Of a DNA stretch of 64,000 nucleotides, positions 25,388 to 39,300 are shown one piece after another. How positions within the stretch are numbered: position 1 is the first letter of the stretch; every line of letters starts with the position of its first letter. Position numbers and translations under genes: made by a program. Source of the DNA: Camelus ferus (taxonomy: Eukaryota); contig NC_045696.1 of assembly GCF_009834535.1 (NCBI RefSeq), positions 74,898,001-74,962,000 of the forward strand. Reading direction: 5' to 3'. The notes beneath the pieces were generated by a model. That model worked only from the letters and a program-made list of their open reading frames with translations. It made no database searches and had not been told where the DNA came from.

Positions 25388-25769
25388 CTGTAGAAAAAGC
25401 ATGACAGAAGTCATATAAGCAAAAATGTAGTTCATTTTTGAGACTCAAGAATACAGTGGTACCAGATCTTTAATCAACTGGAAAGTTATACAGAATTAAC
25501 TCAAGTATAATATTACTTTGAACATACAGTATTAAAGTACTAAAATATGTATCTATTGATAAACATGTGACTACATGTAAATATGTGTCATATTTCTTCG
25601 AAATGAATTTACCTTCTAACGCTATAGCTATATCTTAATATCAAAATAGGAATTTAAGTCTGCATTAATTTATTCAGCCATGATGAAAGCCAATATAATG
25701 AAAGCCAATAGCAAATCACAGACCTTAAACTGTTTAAATCCTTACAGATTATTCAGAAATAAAAATAAT

Positions 25770-25980
25770 AATGATCACTTACTGAGCACCAATTACATAC
25801 CGTGCTGTGTACATACTTCATTTAATCTCATCATTTGCAAAAATCCACAACAGTCAAAATCCCTACCATTTACCCTTTGTTACTGATAAGGAAACTGAGG
25901 CATAAATAGAGGAATACTTAATAAGTGTTAGGGTTGGGATTTGAACAAAAATTGAAATGACTTTCAAGTTTATGCTTTCA
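25770..25980 (-). mobile_element. MIR SINE
   Basis: tcatttaatctca...ttactgataaggaaactgaggca...tgggatttgaac. Confidence 0.7.
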
Positions 25981-26329
25981 ATCCCTTTATTTCAGTTTTG
26001 GAAACAAATAGGGAGGTAAAGTGATCACCCCAATTCAAGTAATAGATTAGTGTTAGAATCAGAACTGCCTCCTCCATTTCAGATTTGTGTTCTTTCCACG
26101 TAGCAGTGGGAAAGTAAGAAAAAGAAATGTGAGGTTTTCTCTACCAGCTTGATAAGCTGCTTTTCTTATCACCAAGGTGATGATATATACGTACAGAGCA
26201 GGTAGAACCTGGCATCATTACTAAGACCATCTCATTTTTACTGGTAAGGAACTTGAGGTGGACATATTATATTTGCTGCTTCACTAAGTTCTGCATATAT
26301 CAGCACTACACGTATTGATCATTTACTTA

Positions 26330-26520
26330 GTAGTGCTGTTTAGTTTCTTGCATTTCCCTTATTTTATTTGATCTTCACACAATCCTGTGGGGGCACATAG
26401 AAGGGCTACCATCGAACCGGCCCCAATTTTACTGATGAGGAAACAGACTCAGTGAAAAGTCAAGTCAATTAAGCAGCAGAACCAGCAGCGAAAAAGCATG
26501 TCTTCTGACTCCTGGGTTTG
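26330..26520 (-). mobile_element. MIR SINE
   Basis: atttgatcttcacacaatcctgtg...ttttactgatgaggaaacagactcag. Confidence 0.65.
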
Positions 26521-27300
26521 GAACATCTGTGTGAGCAAATCTTCATTGCTAATCACTGCTACCAGCAAGTTACATCTTGCTTCCAGTTCTTATTCAGCCA
26601 CCAATTGGGAGAGGAAGGGAACTCCCTGAAGAAACTGATGACCATAATAGTTACAGAAATGGTATCAATATAAATAAAACCTCACCTAACAACACAATGC
26701 TCCTTGAGTCTACCCCCATCAAGTGCATTAAAAAAATCAAAAGAAAAGCTGTTTTCATGTTTATGCAATAAACTAAAATCTCAAGATTTATTACTAATAC
26801 CTCCTTTGTATACTTCCAGAATTAACAGTTAAAAGCTTTATACTTCATATTTTAAATGTATCAGAGAGAACACTGAAAACTGTCAGCTAAGCATGTCAAA
26901 CACTTCAAATTCTTTCAAAAGAGCAAGAAAAGGAAACCAAACATGGCATTAAAATTAATGTTGCAAGCTGGCTTGGATTCAGACCGTCAGGTGAAAGGAA
27001 TAGGATCACCCCGATGGCAGGAAATGTTTGACTCCTACTTAGGGCTGAATATCGAAACACTTATCAGACCTCCTTTAAGCAAGATGGTAAAATGCCCACT
27101 CAAGACTAAAAATGCTTCCATCCATCATTTCAGCAAATATTTTTGTGTGCCTTTTGTTCGTATAACTGCCCTGATGAGGAAGTTTGGATTTTTACTTAGG
27201 GATGTCATAAAAACATCTGCTCGCTACTCCTTTTGTTGGGCAGATTCTGAATATACAACTTTTCATTCAACCCCCCTTCCTCACTTAAAAAACACACCAC

Positions 27301-27380
27301 AGGTGGTAGAGTGTATGCTTGGCATGCACCAGGTCCTGGGCTCAATCCCCAGTACCTCCATTAAAACAAACAAAAACATA
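27301..27380 (+). mobile_element. tRNA-derived camelid SINE (Vic-1-like), 5' truncated
   Basis: gtggtagagtgtatgcttggcatgcaccaggtcctgggctcaatccccagtacctcca followed by an A-rich tail; related copies at ~40100, ~50310 and ~59730. Confidence 0.85.
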
Positions 27381-28059
27381 ACAAAACTCTACAGATGTAA
27401 TATATAACATTGCCGTAAAATTAGAAAAAAAATGTAAATCAATTAAATCACTTAGAATCCATTCATCCAGGAAAACCACTGTCAACATTCTGGTGTACAG
27501 ATGGACGTCTAGATATATTCTCAAGCTAAAGTACTCATACATATTTGACATTTACAAAAGGAGATCATACCATCTAAAACATTTTTTAAAAAGGCAACTT
27601 AAGACAAAACACGTCAGTATCTTTCTACCTGTCACTTTTCAACAATAAGAACGTCTACGTGCAAGACAAACTACAGATAACAGGCAGTCAGCACATGTTA
27701 AATACTTCAGCCTTTTAAAGGCCTCTCACGCAACGTAAATACTTTCTTCCTAATTGGTATAAACATAAGACAAGCATTTACAATAAAAAAGCTATTTTAT
27801 ACTAGAGTTTTAAAAGCACATTCTTTTCCACCCTTAGTTTGAAACAAGTATATATTTTTCAGATTTTAAAATAAATAAAACAAAGATGCTGTAGGAAAAC
27901 TTGAACTAGAACCCCACTATATGTCCAACTTAGAATCAATCTTCGCTGAAGTACAACTCTTTATCTCTTTGCAAAGAGATGAACTGCTTCAAACTACTCG
28001 TGTCCCTAGGTGGTACCGAAAAATAAAACCAAAAGGGGTTTTACATATATATGCACCCT

Positions 28060-29340
28060 AACAAGTGACTTAGGCTACTGGCTGGGGACTTAAGAGCCGG
28101 GACCGACGCCTGATGGCTGCAGCTCGCGGCGCGGGCACGGGATGCGCTGCCGGAAGGTCAAGATGCCGCCCCGCAGGGCCAGAGGGCCAGAGGGCCAGCG
28201 TGGCACAGACGGGCGTCCGGGGCCCAGATGCCCGAAGGAGCTGCGCAGGAGCCACCCGGACCCAGTCGTCCCCACCCTCGCACCACGTACCGGCCCCACC
28301 CGGGCCCGGCTACTAGCGGGACTCTCAAGGCCGTACTCTAAAGGCACCGCATGGAAAAGAGCAGCAGGGGGCCGAGGCGAGCGGGGGCGGAGGCGTCCTC
28401 CGCAGAGGTTGGAACTGCCTTCGGGATGGGGGAGGGGAGCGCCATCCCGCCAGAAAAACGCAGGCAGGGCTCCAGTTTAAGAGACGCCATCCGGTCTTCC
28501 CTGCCCTCTCCCGTAGGAAGCTGCGCCCGCACGCCCGTGGCCCCTGCAGCAGTCCAGCGCCCCGCCGGCCCGCTCCGCCCTCGCACTCACCAGTCCCCGG
28601 GCCCGCCCGCCCAGCCCAGCCCAGGCGCAGCTCGGAGGCGGCAGCGGCCCAGGAGCCCGAGCGCGGGCGGAGGGGCGGCGCACCCCTGCCCGCGGGCGCT
28701 CGGCGGCGGGCGGCGCCGCTCTGGCCCTCGCGCTCCAGGGCGCTCCGCGAGGCCGGCCCCACTCCCTCCCCGCGCGCCCTACGCCCAGCCCGCCAGGCCC
28801 CAGGCCCAGGCCGTGCGGCCGCACTCACCGCCTCGCTCCGCGCCTGCGCCGCACACCTCAAGGGCCCGCCGAGAGGGCGGGGAGGTGACGAGGTGAGAGT
28901 GGGGGCAGGGGATCGGGCCGCGTGGCCTCGCCGCACACCCGGCCTGGGAGGGACCACCCGGCTCCAGCCCCGGGGGTGGCCCGACGGCCCGCGCCCCCTG
29001 CAGGCCGCTCCGCGCCGCGGCAGGTCCCTTCCGGGAGGGGGACCGCCCCTCCCGAAACGAGCGAGTGATTCCACCCTCTAGAATTGCTCCCTGCGAGGCT
29101 GCCGCGGGAACTCCCCCCCCCCCCCGCCCCCGGCCCTTCCTCCCTCCCGCCCGGAAGAAGTGGGAGAAGCGACGCGCGCCATCCGGCCTTTCCCCATCCA
29201 GCTCCTCCAGGGGACGCGCGAGAAGGGTCTTGCTCGGGTTAGGCAAAGCTTGGGGCATTTCGAAGAGGGGCGGGCAGCCTGTTGCGAAGAAAAGGGCAAC
29301 TGTCCACAGAGCAGGAGGGTTAAACTCTTAAAAGGTCGCT
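28060..29340. promoter_or_regulatory. ZNF639: CpG island / ZNF639 promoter with candidate first-exon donors
   Basis: Dense CpG; minus-strand donors GCG|gtgagt at 28829/28828 and CTG|gtgagt at 28591/28590; NRF1-like GCGCCTGCGC 28840-28849; CCGGAAG 29151-29157; GC boxes. Confidence 0.9.
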
Positions 29341-30070
29341 AGTCATTATTAGACTTTAGCCGGATTCCCTGACTCAAGTCTTAGTGGAATGAATTGGATT
29401 GGATTAGATGATTTTACTCCTGTTCCGACCTTGAGTTTCTAGGAACAAAGGTAGAGAAGATTGAATTAAGTAAGCGTAAATAAACTTGTGAGCACGATGT
29501 TGTCACATGTTTAATCTTTTTGACAATGAGTTAAGGTTGTTAGTCCTGATTTACAGATTAGTAAAGTGAGATTGTGAGGTTCTAGAGGCTGGGTTTTATT
29601 CGTTTTTGTAGCCTCAGCACCCGGGTTCAAATAATTGTTAAGTGGATGCTGAGGCCCATGTGGATTATTGTGTGCCCACGGTCGGTCAAATAGGGCAGCA
29701 ATGTGTGTCTTCATCCACTCGTCCCCTCTGCTTTTTTTGATTACCACATACTAACCAACCAACAACCGGATAGTAATCGCCATAGACCCCTTCAACTACT
29801 ATCTCCCAGGAGATAAAGCCATAGTTGAAAGAGACACTAGTTTGTGAGGCTCGATTTTTACCTCATTAAATTTATCTGTGTTCTCAGCCCCCAAAAACGA
29901 ATGTTTACGATTGCTGGCATGGCCTCAATAAAGTACGAAAGAATTTAGAGGCATCTTTTTTAATCCTAGGACAGTTAGTACCTGGCACGGAATAGAGAAT
30001 TGACACGTTTGTGGCTTTTTCGTTCCCTCCGCTCGGTTGGTTGGGCTGTTTCTTAATCTGTTTTGGTGGA

Positions 30071-30089
30071 AGCCACAAGGGGGTGCTAT
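30071..30089 (+). promoter_or_regulatory. Candidate CTCF site
   Basis: AGCCACAAGGGGGTGCTAT closely matches the CTCF core GCCACCAGGGGGCGCTA. Confidence 0.6.
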
Positions 30090-31019
30090 GGAACCATTTT
30101 TAAGGCTTCTCTTTGCCAGCAGCGGTGAAAACCTTGCAGCGGTCCTGGGAAGAAAGACGTTTTGCCCGCCCGTACCAGTGCCTTCGTTCTGCTGGCGTGG
30201 TGCTCTGGCAGCAAGGGACTGTTGATTTGCGCTGGCAGCTGGACATCAGCTCTTGGTTGGCTAAGATGACTCCTCTGCGAACCAACTCCTAACAAAGGTA
30301 CACCTCAACTACATTTGGACTTTATTTCTTTCACCTCCCTTCTGCCTGGAACAATAGTGATAATTAACTTATCCTTGGTTTGGAATATGTTATTTCCTTA
30401 TTGGCTCATTAAGAGACATTATCCTGTATTCTATTGGCTTGTAAGGTATTATTATAAATTATAATTCCCGCTGTGAACCTGTGTTAAATGAATTACTGGC
30501 AAAGACCAGTCTCTGAGCATAATTTGCCAGTTTCTGAGCATAATTTGCCAAAAAACGAAAGTTTTTTTTGTGTGTGTGTGAACTTGGCCATTTGTATTTC
30601 TTTTGTCAATTTTCAGTTTCTGTCCTTTGCCCGTTTTTCTGCAGGCTCTTTATAATTTTTTTAAAAGTAAGCTTTTAAGCGTTTTATTTGGGATAATATT
30701 TTACATACGTTTATTGTTTTTTGTTTGCTTTTTAGTTTTGTTAATGACACAAACATTTAAAATTGTTGTGAAATCAAGTCTACTAATCTTTTCCTTTACA
30801 GGTTCTTTTGTTGGCCTTATGCTGAAATAATCTGGTTGCATTTTTTTACTGTAACTTTTTAGTTGATCTGTAATTTATTTTGGAGTATGAGATGAGAAGT
30901 ATTTTTCTCTCTCTGTCATAATACTTCTTTCTTATTGCTCTTTATCTCATATAACAGCCTGACATTAAATTTGTGAAAATAAAATAGCTTCATCTGATGC
31001 TAAAGTAACTTACTAAGGC

Positions 31020-31208
31020 ATTCATTTTCAAACTTTAACTGCATCAGAATCACCAGGAGGTGATTGTTAAAATATAGAGGTCTGTGTTCTATCCCCAGAA
31101 TTTCTAATTGGATAAGTCTGAGCTGGAGCCTGAGTGGCTGCACTTCAAACAAGTTCTCAGGTGATGCTGCTGCTGCTGCCCCAGGATCACACTCTGAGAA
31201 CCACTAGC
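31020..31208. mobile_element. MER5A hAT-Charlie element
   Basis: tgcatcagaatcacc...aacaagttctcaggtgatgctgctgctgc...cacactctgagaaccact. Confidence 0.85.
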
Positions 31209-31469
31209 CTAACGCTTTCCCCACCCAACCCCACATTAGCCAAACAGTACAGTACTTCTCACTGTCCCATGAATAAACAGGCTGTAGCTCTTTCTCACCT
31301 GTGTGTTTCCACATGGTCTTCCACCTGCAGTTTCTTTCCTTTGTTTCTGTCTGAAAGATGAAACTCACAATTTATCTCTTCTATGAAATCTTTGATTTTC
31401 CCTAGCAGGGATCTCTGAATACTCTTCAGAGATTTTACAGTATTTGGTACATTAGCTCACTTATCAAAA

Positions 31470-31645
31470 TACATTTACTGTGGAGCTAATGAAGCTTAAG
31501 CTTCAAATCCCCTCAATTGCATGAACCTCTTCTAAGCTGAGGTACTTAATTTTGCATTCATAATTTTATGTTACTTTTCTTAAATTGGTTCCCCCAGTTT
31601 TCATAAGCTTATGCCCTCACAAAATTTGGATTCACTCCTGTGTAT
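31470..31645. mobile_element. Short hAT-type MER (MER96B/MER91-like)
   Basis: aatgaagcttaagcttca...cacaaaatttggattcactcctg. Confidence 0.5.
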
Positions 31646-32759
31646 CATATTGTCTCTCTACTCAGACTTTGAATTCTGGTTCAATTATATTCCACTCTGT
31701 CCATCTCCCTGCTTCGCACAGTGTCTTGTATAGATCCTCAATAAAATATTTATTGCATGTCTATCTTATGTCCAGCACTGTACTAGGTACTGGGGATATG
31801 GCATGGATCAAGATGGACATGGTCCTTGCCCTGCTGGTCCTTACAGTAGAAAAGATGGGCAATTAAACAGCACTGGAATGTGATGGCTAAATGCGAAGTA
31901 AATAAGAGTGTATGGGAACTCATGACAGGTGCCTAGCTTGGTCTAGGGAGAATGGGGCAGGTAAAGAGTCTAGGAATTCAGCTTGTTGAATTAATTGATA
32001 AACTCTATCCTGGCCACCTAGCCTGATGACACTTGTGTAGACCTAACTGTGTGACATAGTCCTGATTCAGACATGAGGCAGCTGCATGCTGTAGTCTTAC
32101 ATCAGGGACCTCATATCCCCAGCTGAGACATCTGGATTCCATAATTCTGAGCCACCTACACAGCAGAGGTCTTCCAAACAGCCAGCCTAGTGCTTTTGAA
32201 ACCAGCAAGCTCAGATCTGGCCAGCCAGTCAACCCATTCAGATACTTTGCTTCCTTATAATGGAACAGAGATGTCTTTTGGCTTCAAAAGACTTACCCTA
32301 TTTCTCCTTCTCTGAACGTAACCTCTGCGGGGTCAACCTTGACTTGGTATTAGGTCGAGTTCTCTGTTCAGCTATAGAACTTTTTCACTGAGTGTTCAAT
32401 TTCCAATTGCTATCAGTCTGTATTTTTTCTGTAACGGAATGAATCAATGAATCTAATATCAGACTAGACCTTTTTGTTAGAATATTAATGATACCTTCTA
32501 CAGTGTTTGTGTGGCCCTTTTCATTTTCTAGAGTACTGACTTTATTTCTAGCACCTGGGAATGAAGGTCAAGTGTTGTATCCATTTGATAGATTTGAACT
32601 CAGAAACTCATACCTGTGAAGATCCAAAGGCTAAAAACCCTGTTGAGGGAGATTGAGATTTATTGATGATGAAAAGAAGCATTTCCCCAGTGAATGGATA
32701 TATCTGATATCCCTTGGAAGAAAACTCATTGATAGTTTAGGTCTTTGGTTGGCATTAAT

Positions 32760-33075
32760 GCTATTCAACGATATCCAGCTTCTGGTGCTTGCTACTCTCA
32801 GGCATACAGGTGATTTTACTCCCTGTTCCATTGGTAGCTAGGAAGAGCCATATGACTTGCTTTGGCCATCAAAATGTCGGTGGAAGAACTATGTTTTACT
32901 TCTAGGTGGAGGCAATTTATTTCCAGTGCTTGCTTCTCTCACTTTCCCTTCCTCTGTCTGGAGAGCTGTCAGGGCACAAAGCAGACACAACATGAGCAAG
33001 AAACACTTGTTGTGTTAAGTTGATAAGCTTTTGGGACTATTTGTTATTAAAGAATCACTTTTCATCACTGACTGA
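32760..33075. mobile_element. Old MaLR/ERVL LTR fragment
   Basis: ccatatgacttgctttggcca...catgagcaagaaacacttgttgtgttaag...atttgtta. Confidence 0.6.
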
Positions 33076-35289
33076 TGCAAGGGCTAAATTTATACATTCA
33101 TTCATCCAAGATGTGAGTCTAAAATAAAGGACAGAATCTGTTAAAATCTATATTTTGTTAGTGTGCCTTTGGCGTTTAAATTCAATTATTCATTCATTTA
33201 ACAAGCATTTATGAAAGCCTACTATTTACAAGCTAACTGTGGTAGCCACTATGGAGGGACAATACAAGAATATATTTTCAATTACTTCTATAGTGGTCTT
33301 AACAGGCCACACTGAAAATCCATGTAAATCTGTTAGAACTGTAATTTTCTTAAAGTATTTTCATGTAGCAGTTCTCATGTCTTACACCAAGTGGTGCCAC
33401 ATACTAAATGGTAACCATGGGAGCTGTTTCTGATGATCAAGAAATTCCAGAGTTTACCTATTCCAAACTTTGACTAGCCTAAACTGCTTTTCCTGCTAGC
33501 AATGGGAGTCAAAAAACCGGAAAGCATAATTATTTAAAGTGATCGTAATTACAATAAAACACCACCTCCTGGAGGGAGTGGACTGGGACTCTCTGGTGTC
33601 TTCTGCAGTAGACTGTGTGCTTTGTGCAGGCAAGAATGAGTCTATGTTGTTGATTGCTAACCTCTAAAGCTACCCTAGCACAATGCTGATAGAGTGATCA
33701 CCTAGTATTTATTGTATGAATGAAGCATAAAAGGAAAGGATACATGAAATCATCACCGCAGTGTAAACATTTGTATAAGGTTTAGTCCATTTTGTGTGTT
33801 CAAAGTATGTTTAAGAGCCAAGATTTACTTAGTAGGCATTCCTCTCATTTTCAATTTTCCTCCAAAGTATGTTTGAAATGTAAAATCTGTTTTGAAGTAG
33901 GAAAATTGGTGGGGGAGGGTGACACCAAAACAAGCTTAGCTTAGTTACCCTTAAAGCTACAAGAGTTTTAGGTACTTTGGAGCCATTAAGAAAAGAAAAA
34001 AAGATTTAAGGAGGAACATCAAAATGAATGTAGGTCACGATTGTTCTGCCTTTCACAGATGTAAAACCCCTTTAAGAATTTTTAAGTGGATTATGTATCA
34101 TTGCTTTGCTCATAAAAATGATGAGGCTTGGTAGTTTATTTGGACAATAATCTCACTAAATTTATTATTTCCATGTTTAATCCGCATGCCTTTTGGATAT
34201 TTTTCATGACTTTTTATCAACTTTCCAAACATATATAAGAAAAGAGAATAATAAACGTACCCTCATATGCTCATCATCCCATTTTCAGTAGTTACCAAAC
34301 CATACTTGCTTTATCTTTTCTTTTTTTCCTTTTGCTCTTCTGCCTTCCCTCCTTATTTCCTTTCTTCTTTTTCTCTCTTTTTCAAGCATTTTGAGAAGAA
34401 TCTCAGGTCATTTCAGTCTTACACAATTCTCTATAAAATATGGAGATTTTCTTACATAGACACATTTCATTTTCACACCTAACAGAAAGAACATTAATTC
34501 CTTGATATCATCAAAGACATAAATTTCTATCTCACACGTGTCTTTTTTTCAACTGGTTTGTTTAAAAAATATGATCCAAGCAAGGTCCGTAATCAAACCT
34601 ACTTGTCATGTTTCTTTAGTTGCAATTAAGCTGGGAAAAAACCTCTTCCCACTTTTTTCATGTCAGTGACTATAGAAGATGAATTTATGCTTTTTTAATT
34701 TCAAATGTTCTAAATTTTGTTACAAACAGAACTCCAAAGATTTACACTTTAAGGAATTTTGCATCCCTTAGTCTTTGCCAGCTTATAAAAAGAAGGCAGA
34801 GTTAGTTACAAAACAAAATAACCAGGCTTATGGGGTAGGGGAGAGAAATTACTCTGTTTTTGTTAATTTATTTGGCTCTATAATATTAAACAGATCCAGA
34901 GATCTCATTTTCCAAGTAGAAACAAAACATTATTGAGTACAATTAAATTATTTCAGTCACAGTTTCCAAGCTTATCACTATTAACACTTCTTGCTTCTTT
35001 GGCTGCTTTATCTTTCTCTCTGTAAGGACCTCTGAAAAATAAAGATTAAACAAAAATCAAGAAATCATTGAGACTGAGACTTCCAGTTCTTGATCTATGT
35101 ATATCTTACTTTTTTCCTTGTGAATGAAACTTTGACTTAAGACTGAAATGTGTCTAACTTAAAAGCTGTGCTTTCCAACCTCCCTTTAAGATAGAGGTGG
35201 TATTAAGACTCAGGTCTGGCCAAAGAGATGTAGACACAGGTAGTTGTGAGGAGACATGAGGAAAGCTCCTTTTAAAAATGGAGATGAAA

Positions 35290-36200
35290 CATTTTCACTG
35301 AGAAAGAAATAGAGGTGGCCCTTAAACATATGAAATTTAAATGCTCAAATTAATTCATATTAATATAAATACAAATGAAATCTACCCTGAGCTGTCATTT
35401 CTATCTGATTGGCATAAATCCCAAAATTTGACAGCAAGCTCTTTTGGTGAATTTGCAGGCAAACAAGCGATTTCATGAATGCAAAATGGTATGACCACTG
35501 GGGAAGGTTTTGGCAATACTAGCAAAATTACAGATAAATTTACCATTCAATTGGTAAATCCCACTTCTAGAAATTTATACTTAAAACACACCAGTGCAAA
35601 TATGAAGTCACATATCTCAAGCTGTGTGTGTATGTTTTAACCTTTTCCTGAGTTTTCTACATCGTACTTGATTGTTGAAGCAAAAATTATAACATATAAT
35701 TTGGTACTCATTGTATGTAGAGGAAATACATAAGATTATTGGGTTTAAAAAGTGGAAAGAGTAAAGGCACCTAAATAAAGTAAGGCTTCTACATTTTCCT
35801 TGAAGTGATAAAACATTCATACCAATAGCCTATGGTAAATTGCATATATATGTTCTAATAAGTAGAGCAAACACTCAGAAGACTCAATGCATTATACTAA
35901 AAAATATTTCAAATAAATCAAGATGGAATCCTAAGTGTCCACATAATCTACAGAGAGGTGAGAAAAGAGAAGCATAGGATTGAGAAACAGAGGAAACAAA
36001 CAGAAAACAAATAATAAAGTGACCTACGTAAGCCCTAACATATCAATAATTACTTTAAATGTAAGTGATCTAAATACATCATTTAAAGTCAGAGACTGGC
36101 AGTGTTGATTAAACATTTTTTGATCCAACAATAGCTGCTTACAGTAACTCACTTCAAATTCAATGGCATAGGTAGGCTGAAAATGGAAGAAAAAGTAAAA
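35290..36200 (+). mobile_element. Old L1 fragments
   Basis: aaacatatgaaa...atcccacttctagaaatttat; later aacatatcaataattactttaaatgtaagtgatctaaatacatc (ORF2 start-like). Confidence 0.75.
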
Positions 36201-36344
36201 TGCCAAGTCCATGTCTATTTGATTTCTTTGTAAGCTTTTGCTAATATTATTTATAGTGAGCAACATTTCTTACCAAATTTCTATGGAGACTGCAATTTCA
36301 AAATTATTTTTATTTTCTGCCAAATCCCTTGACCCATTTAAAAA

Positions 36345-39300
36345 AATCTTTTATTTTTTCCAGCTTTTTTGAGATATAATTGATATATAACATTGTGTAA
36401 GCTTAAGGTGTACAATGTGATGACTTGATGTACACGCATATCACAAAATGGTTACCACAGTAAGATTAGCTAGCACATGGACTGCCACATGTGGTTACCA
36501 TTGTGTGTATGTGTGTGTGTGTGGAAAGAACTTTTAAGATTTTTTCTTTTAGCAAATTTCAAGTATACAATAAAATATCATTAACTACAGTCGCTATGCT
36601 GTACATCAGATCCCCCGGATTTATTCATCTTATAAGTGAAAGTTTGTGCCCTTTGCCCACCTTCGCCCATTTCCCTTACCACTTCCCCACTGGCTCCTGG
36701 AAACTATCAATCTGTTCTCTGTTTCTGTGAGTATTTCTTTTAGATTCCACATATAAGTGAGATCATACGGTATTTGTCTTTCTGTGACTTATTTCACTTA
36801 GCATAAAGCACTCAAAATTCATCCATGTTATTGCAAATTACAGGATTTCTTTCTTTTTTATGACTGAAATATATATATATGATATCACAAATATATATAT
36901 ATGTATATCTCACAAAAATCTTTATCCATTCATCTACAGATGGACACTTAAGTTGTTTCCATGTTTTTGCTATTGCAAATAATGCTGCAGTAAATATAGG
37001 GGTGCAGATATCTCTTCAATGTAGTGATTTCACTTCTTTTTGGATATATACACATAATTGGAATTGTTGGATTATATACTTTTACTTTTAATTTTTGTAA
37101 GGAACCGCCATACTGTTTTCCATAGTGGCTGTGCAAATCTACATTCCCACTTACTTTTCTCCACGTCCTTGCTAGCACTTGTTACCTCTTATCTTTTTGA
37201 TAATAGCCACTCTAACAAACGTGAGGTGATATCTCATTGTGGTTTTGGTTTACATTTCCATGGTGATTAGTGATGTTGAGCACCTTTTCATATTCCTGTT
37301 AGCCATCTGTATATCTTATTTGGAAAAATGCCTATTTAAGTCCTTTGCCCATTTTAAATTAGATTATTTGTTTCTTGCCACTGAGATGTATGAGTTCCTT
37401 ATATAGTTTGGATAGTAACCCCTTTTCAGATAGATGGTCAAATCCTCCGCTATCTTGGGCCTCATTGGTTCTAACCAGTTCTTATATCTTCTCTTTGTGG
37501 CTGCTTCCTGAGATTTAAATAAAAGTAGTTGGTTTCTATTCAAGGAAGGGGCAGAGGTATGATCCTGGGGACAACAGCCTTGGTAACAAAGAGGAAAGTT
37601 GCTTTTAATCAGAGTGCTGGCAATCTGGTGGACTCAGTGTCCCCCAAAAACCATCTCTGAAGAGTCTGCTCAGCCATGAGGGGGAAATGGGGATGCAATC
37701 TCAGTTGAGTAATCATTGAGATAGATGGTCAGAATCATCACTATCCCCCCTGAACCCCGTGTGCAGATTTTCCTAGTCATCAGTGGCTTGAGCCTGCTCT
37801 TTGATGACTCAGGAAGACCTGGGAGACTTCAGCTTGTCTATAAACAAGAACCGGGGGTGGGGATGGGGGCTGCAGGGTCCTAGTTGGTACCACCCATACC
37901 ATACTGTTTTGATTACTATATTTTTATAATATAGGTTGAAACAAGGAACTGTAATGCCTTCAGATTTGTTCTTCTCTCTGAAGATTGCTTTGGATATTTA
38001 GGGTCTTTTGTGGTTCCATATACATATTTCTGTGGAAAAAAAAGCCATCGGAATTTTGATAGGGATTGCATTGAATCGAATCTATGGATGGCTTTGGGCA
38101 GTATGGGCAGACATTTTAACAATATTAATTCTTTTACCCATGAACATGGACTATCTTTCCATTTGTTGGTGTTTTTTTTTCAATTCCTTTCATCAGTCTT
38201 ATAGTTTTCAGTGTATAGACCTTTCACTTTGGCTAAATTTATTTCTAAGTATTTTATTATTTTTGATGTTATTGTAAATGGGATTGTTTTCTTTGTTTTT
38301 CAAGTAGTTCATTGTTAGCATATAGCCTAGCTAAAGGTTTGTCAATTTTGTTAATCCTTTCAAAGAATCAACTCTTAGTTTTATTTGTCTTTTCTATTGT
38401 TTTCCTATCCTCTGTTTCATTTATTTCTTCTCTAATGTTTATTATTTCCTTTCTAGTGCTAATTTTGGGCTTAGTTTGTTCTTCTTTTTATAGTTCCTCA
38501 AGGTGTACTGTTAGGTTGTTTATTTGAGATGTTTCTTTTTTTCTTAAGATAGGTATTTATAGCTATAAACTTTCCTCTGAGAACTGCTTTTGTTGCATTC
38601 CACAAATTTTGATATGTTGTGTTTCCATTTTTGTTAGTCTCAAGATTTTTTTTAAATTTCTCATTTCTTTTTTGATCCGTTGGTTTTTCAGGAATGTGTT
38701 GCTTAATTTCCACATATTTGTGAATTTTCCAGATTTCCTACTGTTGTTGATTTCTAGTTTCATACCATTATGTTGGAAAAGATACTTAGTGTAATCTCTA
38801 CTTTCTTGAATTTGTTGATACTTGTTTCATGGCTTAACATATGATCTTATTCTAGAAAATGTTCCGTGTGTGTGCCTGGGAAGCATGTGTATTCTTCTGT
38901 TGGATGGAATGTTCTGTATCTGTATTTACTTGATCTGCAGTGTAGTTCAAACTTGTTTCTTTACTGAGTCTCTGTATAGATTATCTATCCACTGCTGAGA
39001 GTTAGGTATTAAAGTCCCCAACTGTTACTGTATTGCTGTTTATTTCTATTTTAGTTCAGTTAGTATTTGTTTTATACATTTAGGTGCTCTGATGTTGGGT
39101 GCATAAATATTTAATATTGTTATATCTTCTTGATGAATTGACCCTTATATCTTTATATAGTAAGCATCTTTGTCTGTATTGGCCATTATTAACTTAGAGT
39201 ACATTTTAGCTAAAGTCTGTCCCTTCTTTTTTGGTTACCATTTGCTTGGAATATCTTTTTCCATTTGTTCACTCTCAGCCTACGTGTGTCCCTTAAAGCT

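Noticed and set aside
26943..27407. 154-aa + strand ORF antisense in ZNF639 intron 1
   Set aside because: No recognisable homology, and it runs through a SINE
28070..29342. ORFs up to 249 aa
   Set aside because: Same CpG-island artefact at the ZNF639 promoter
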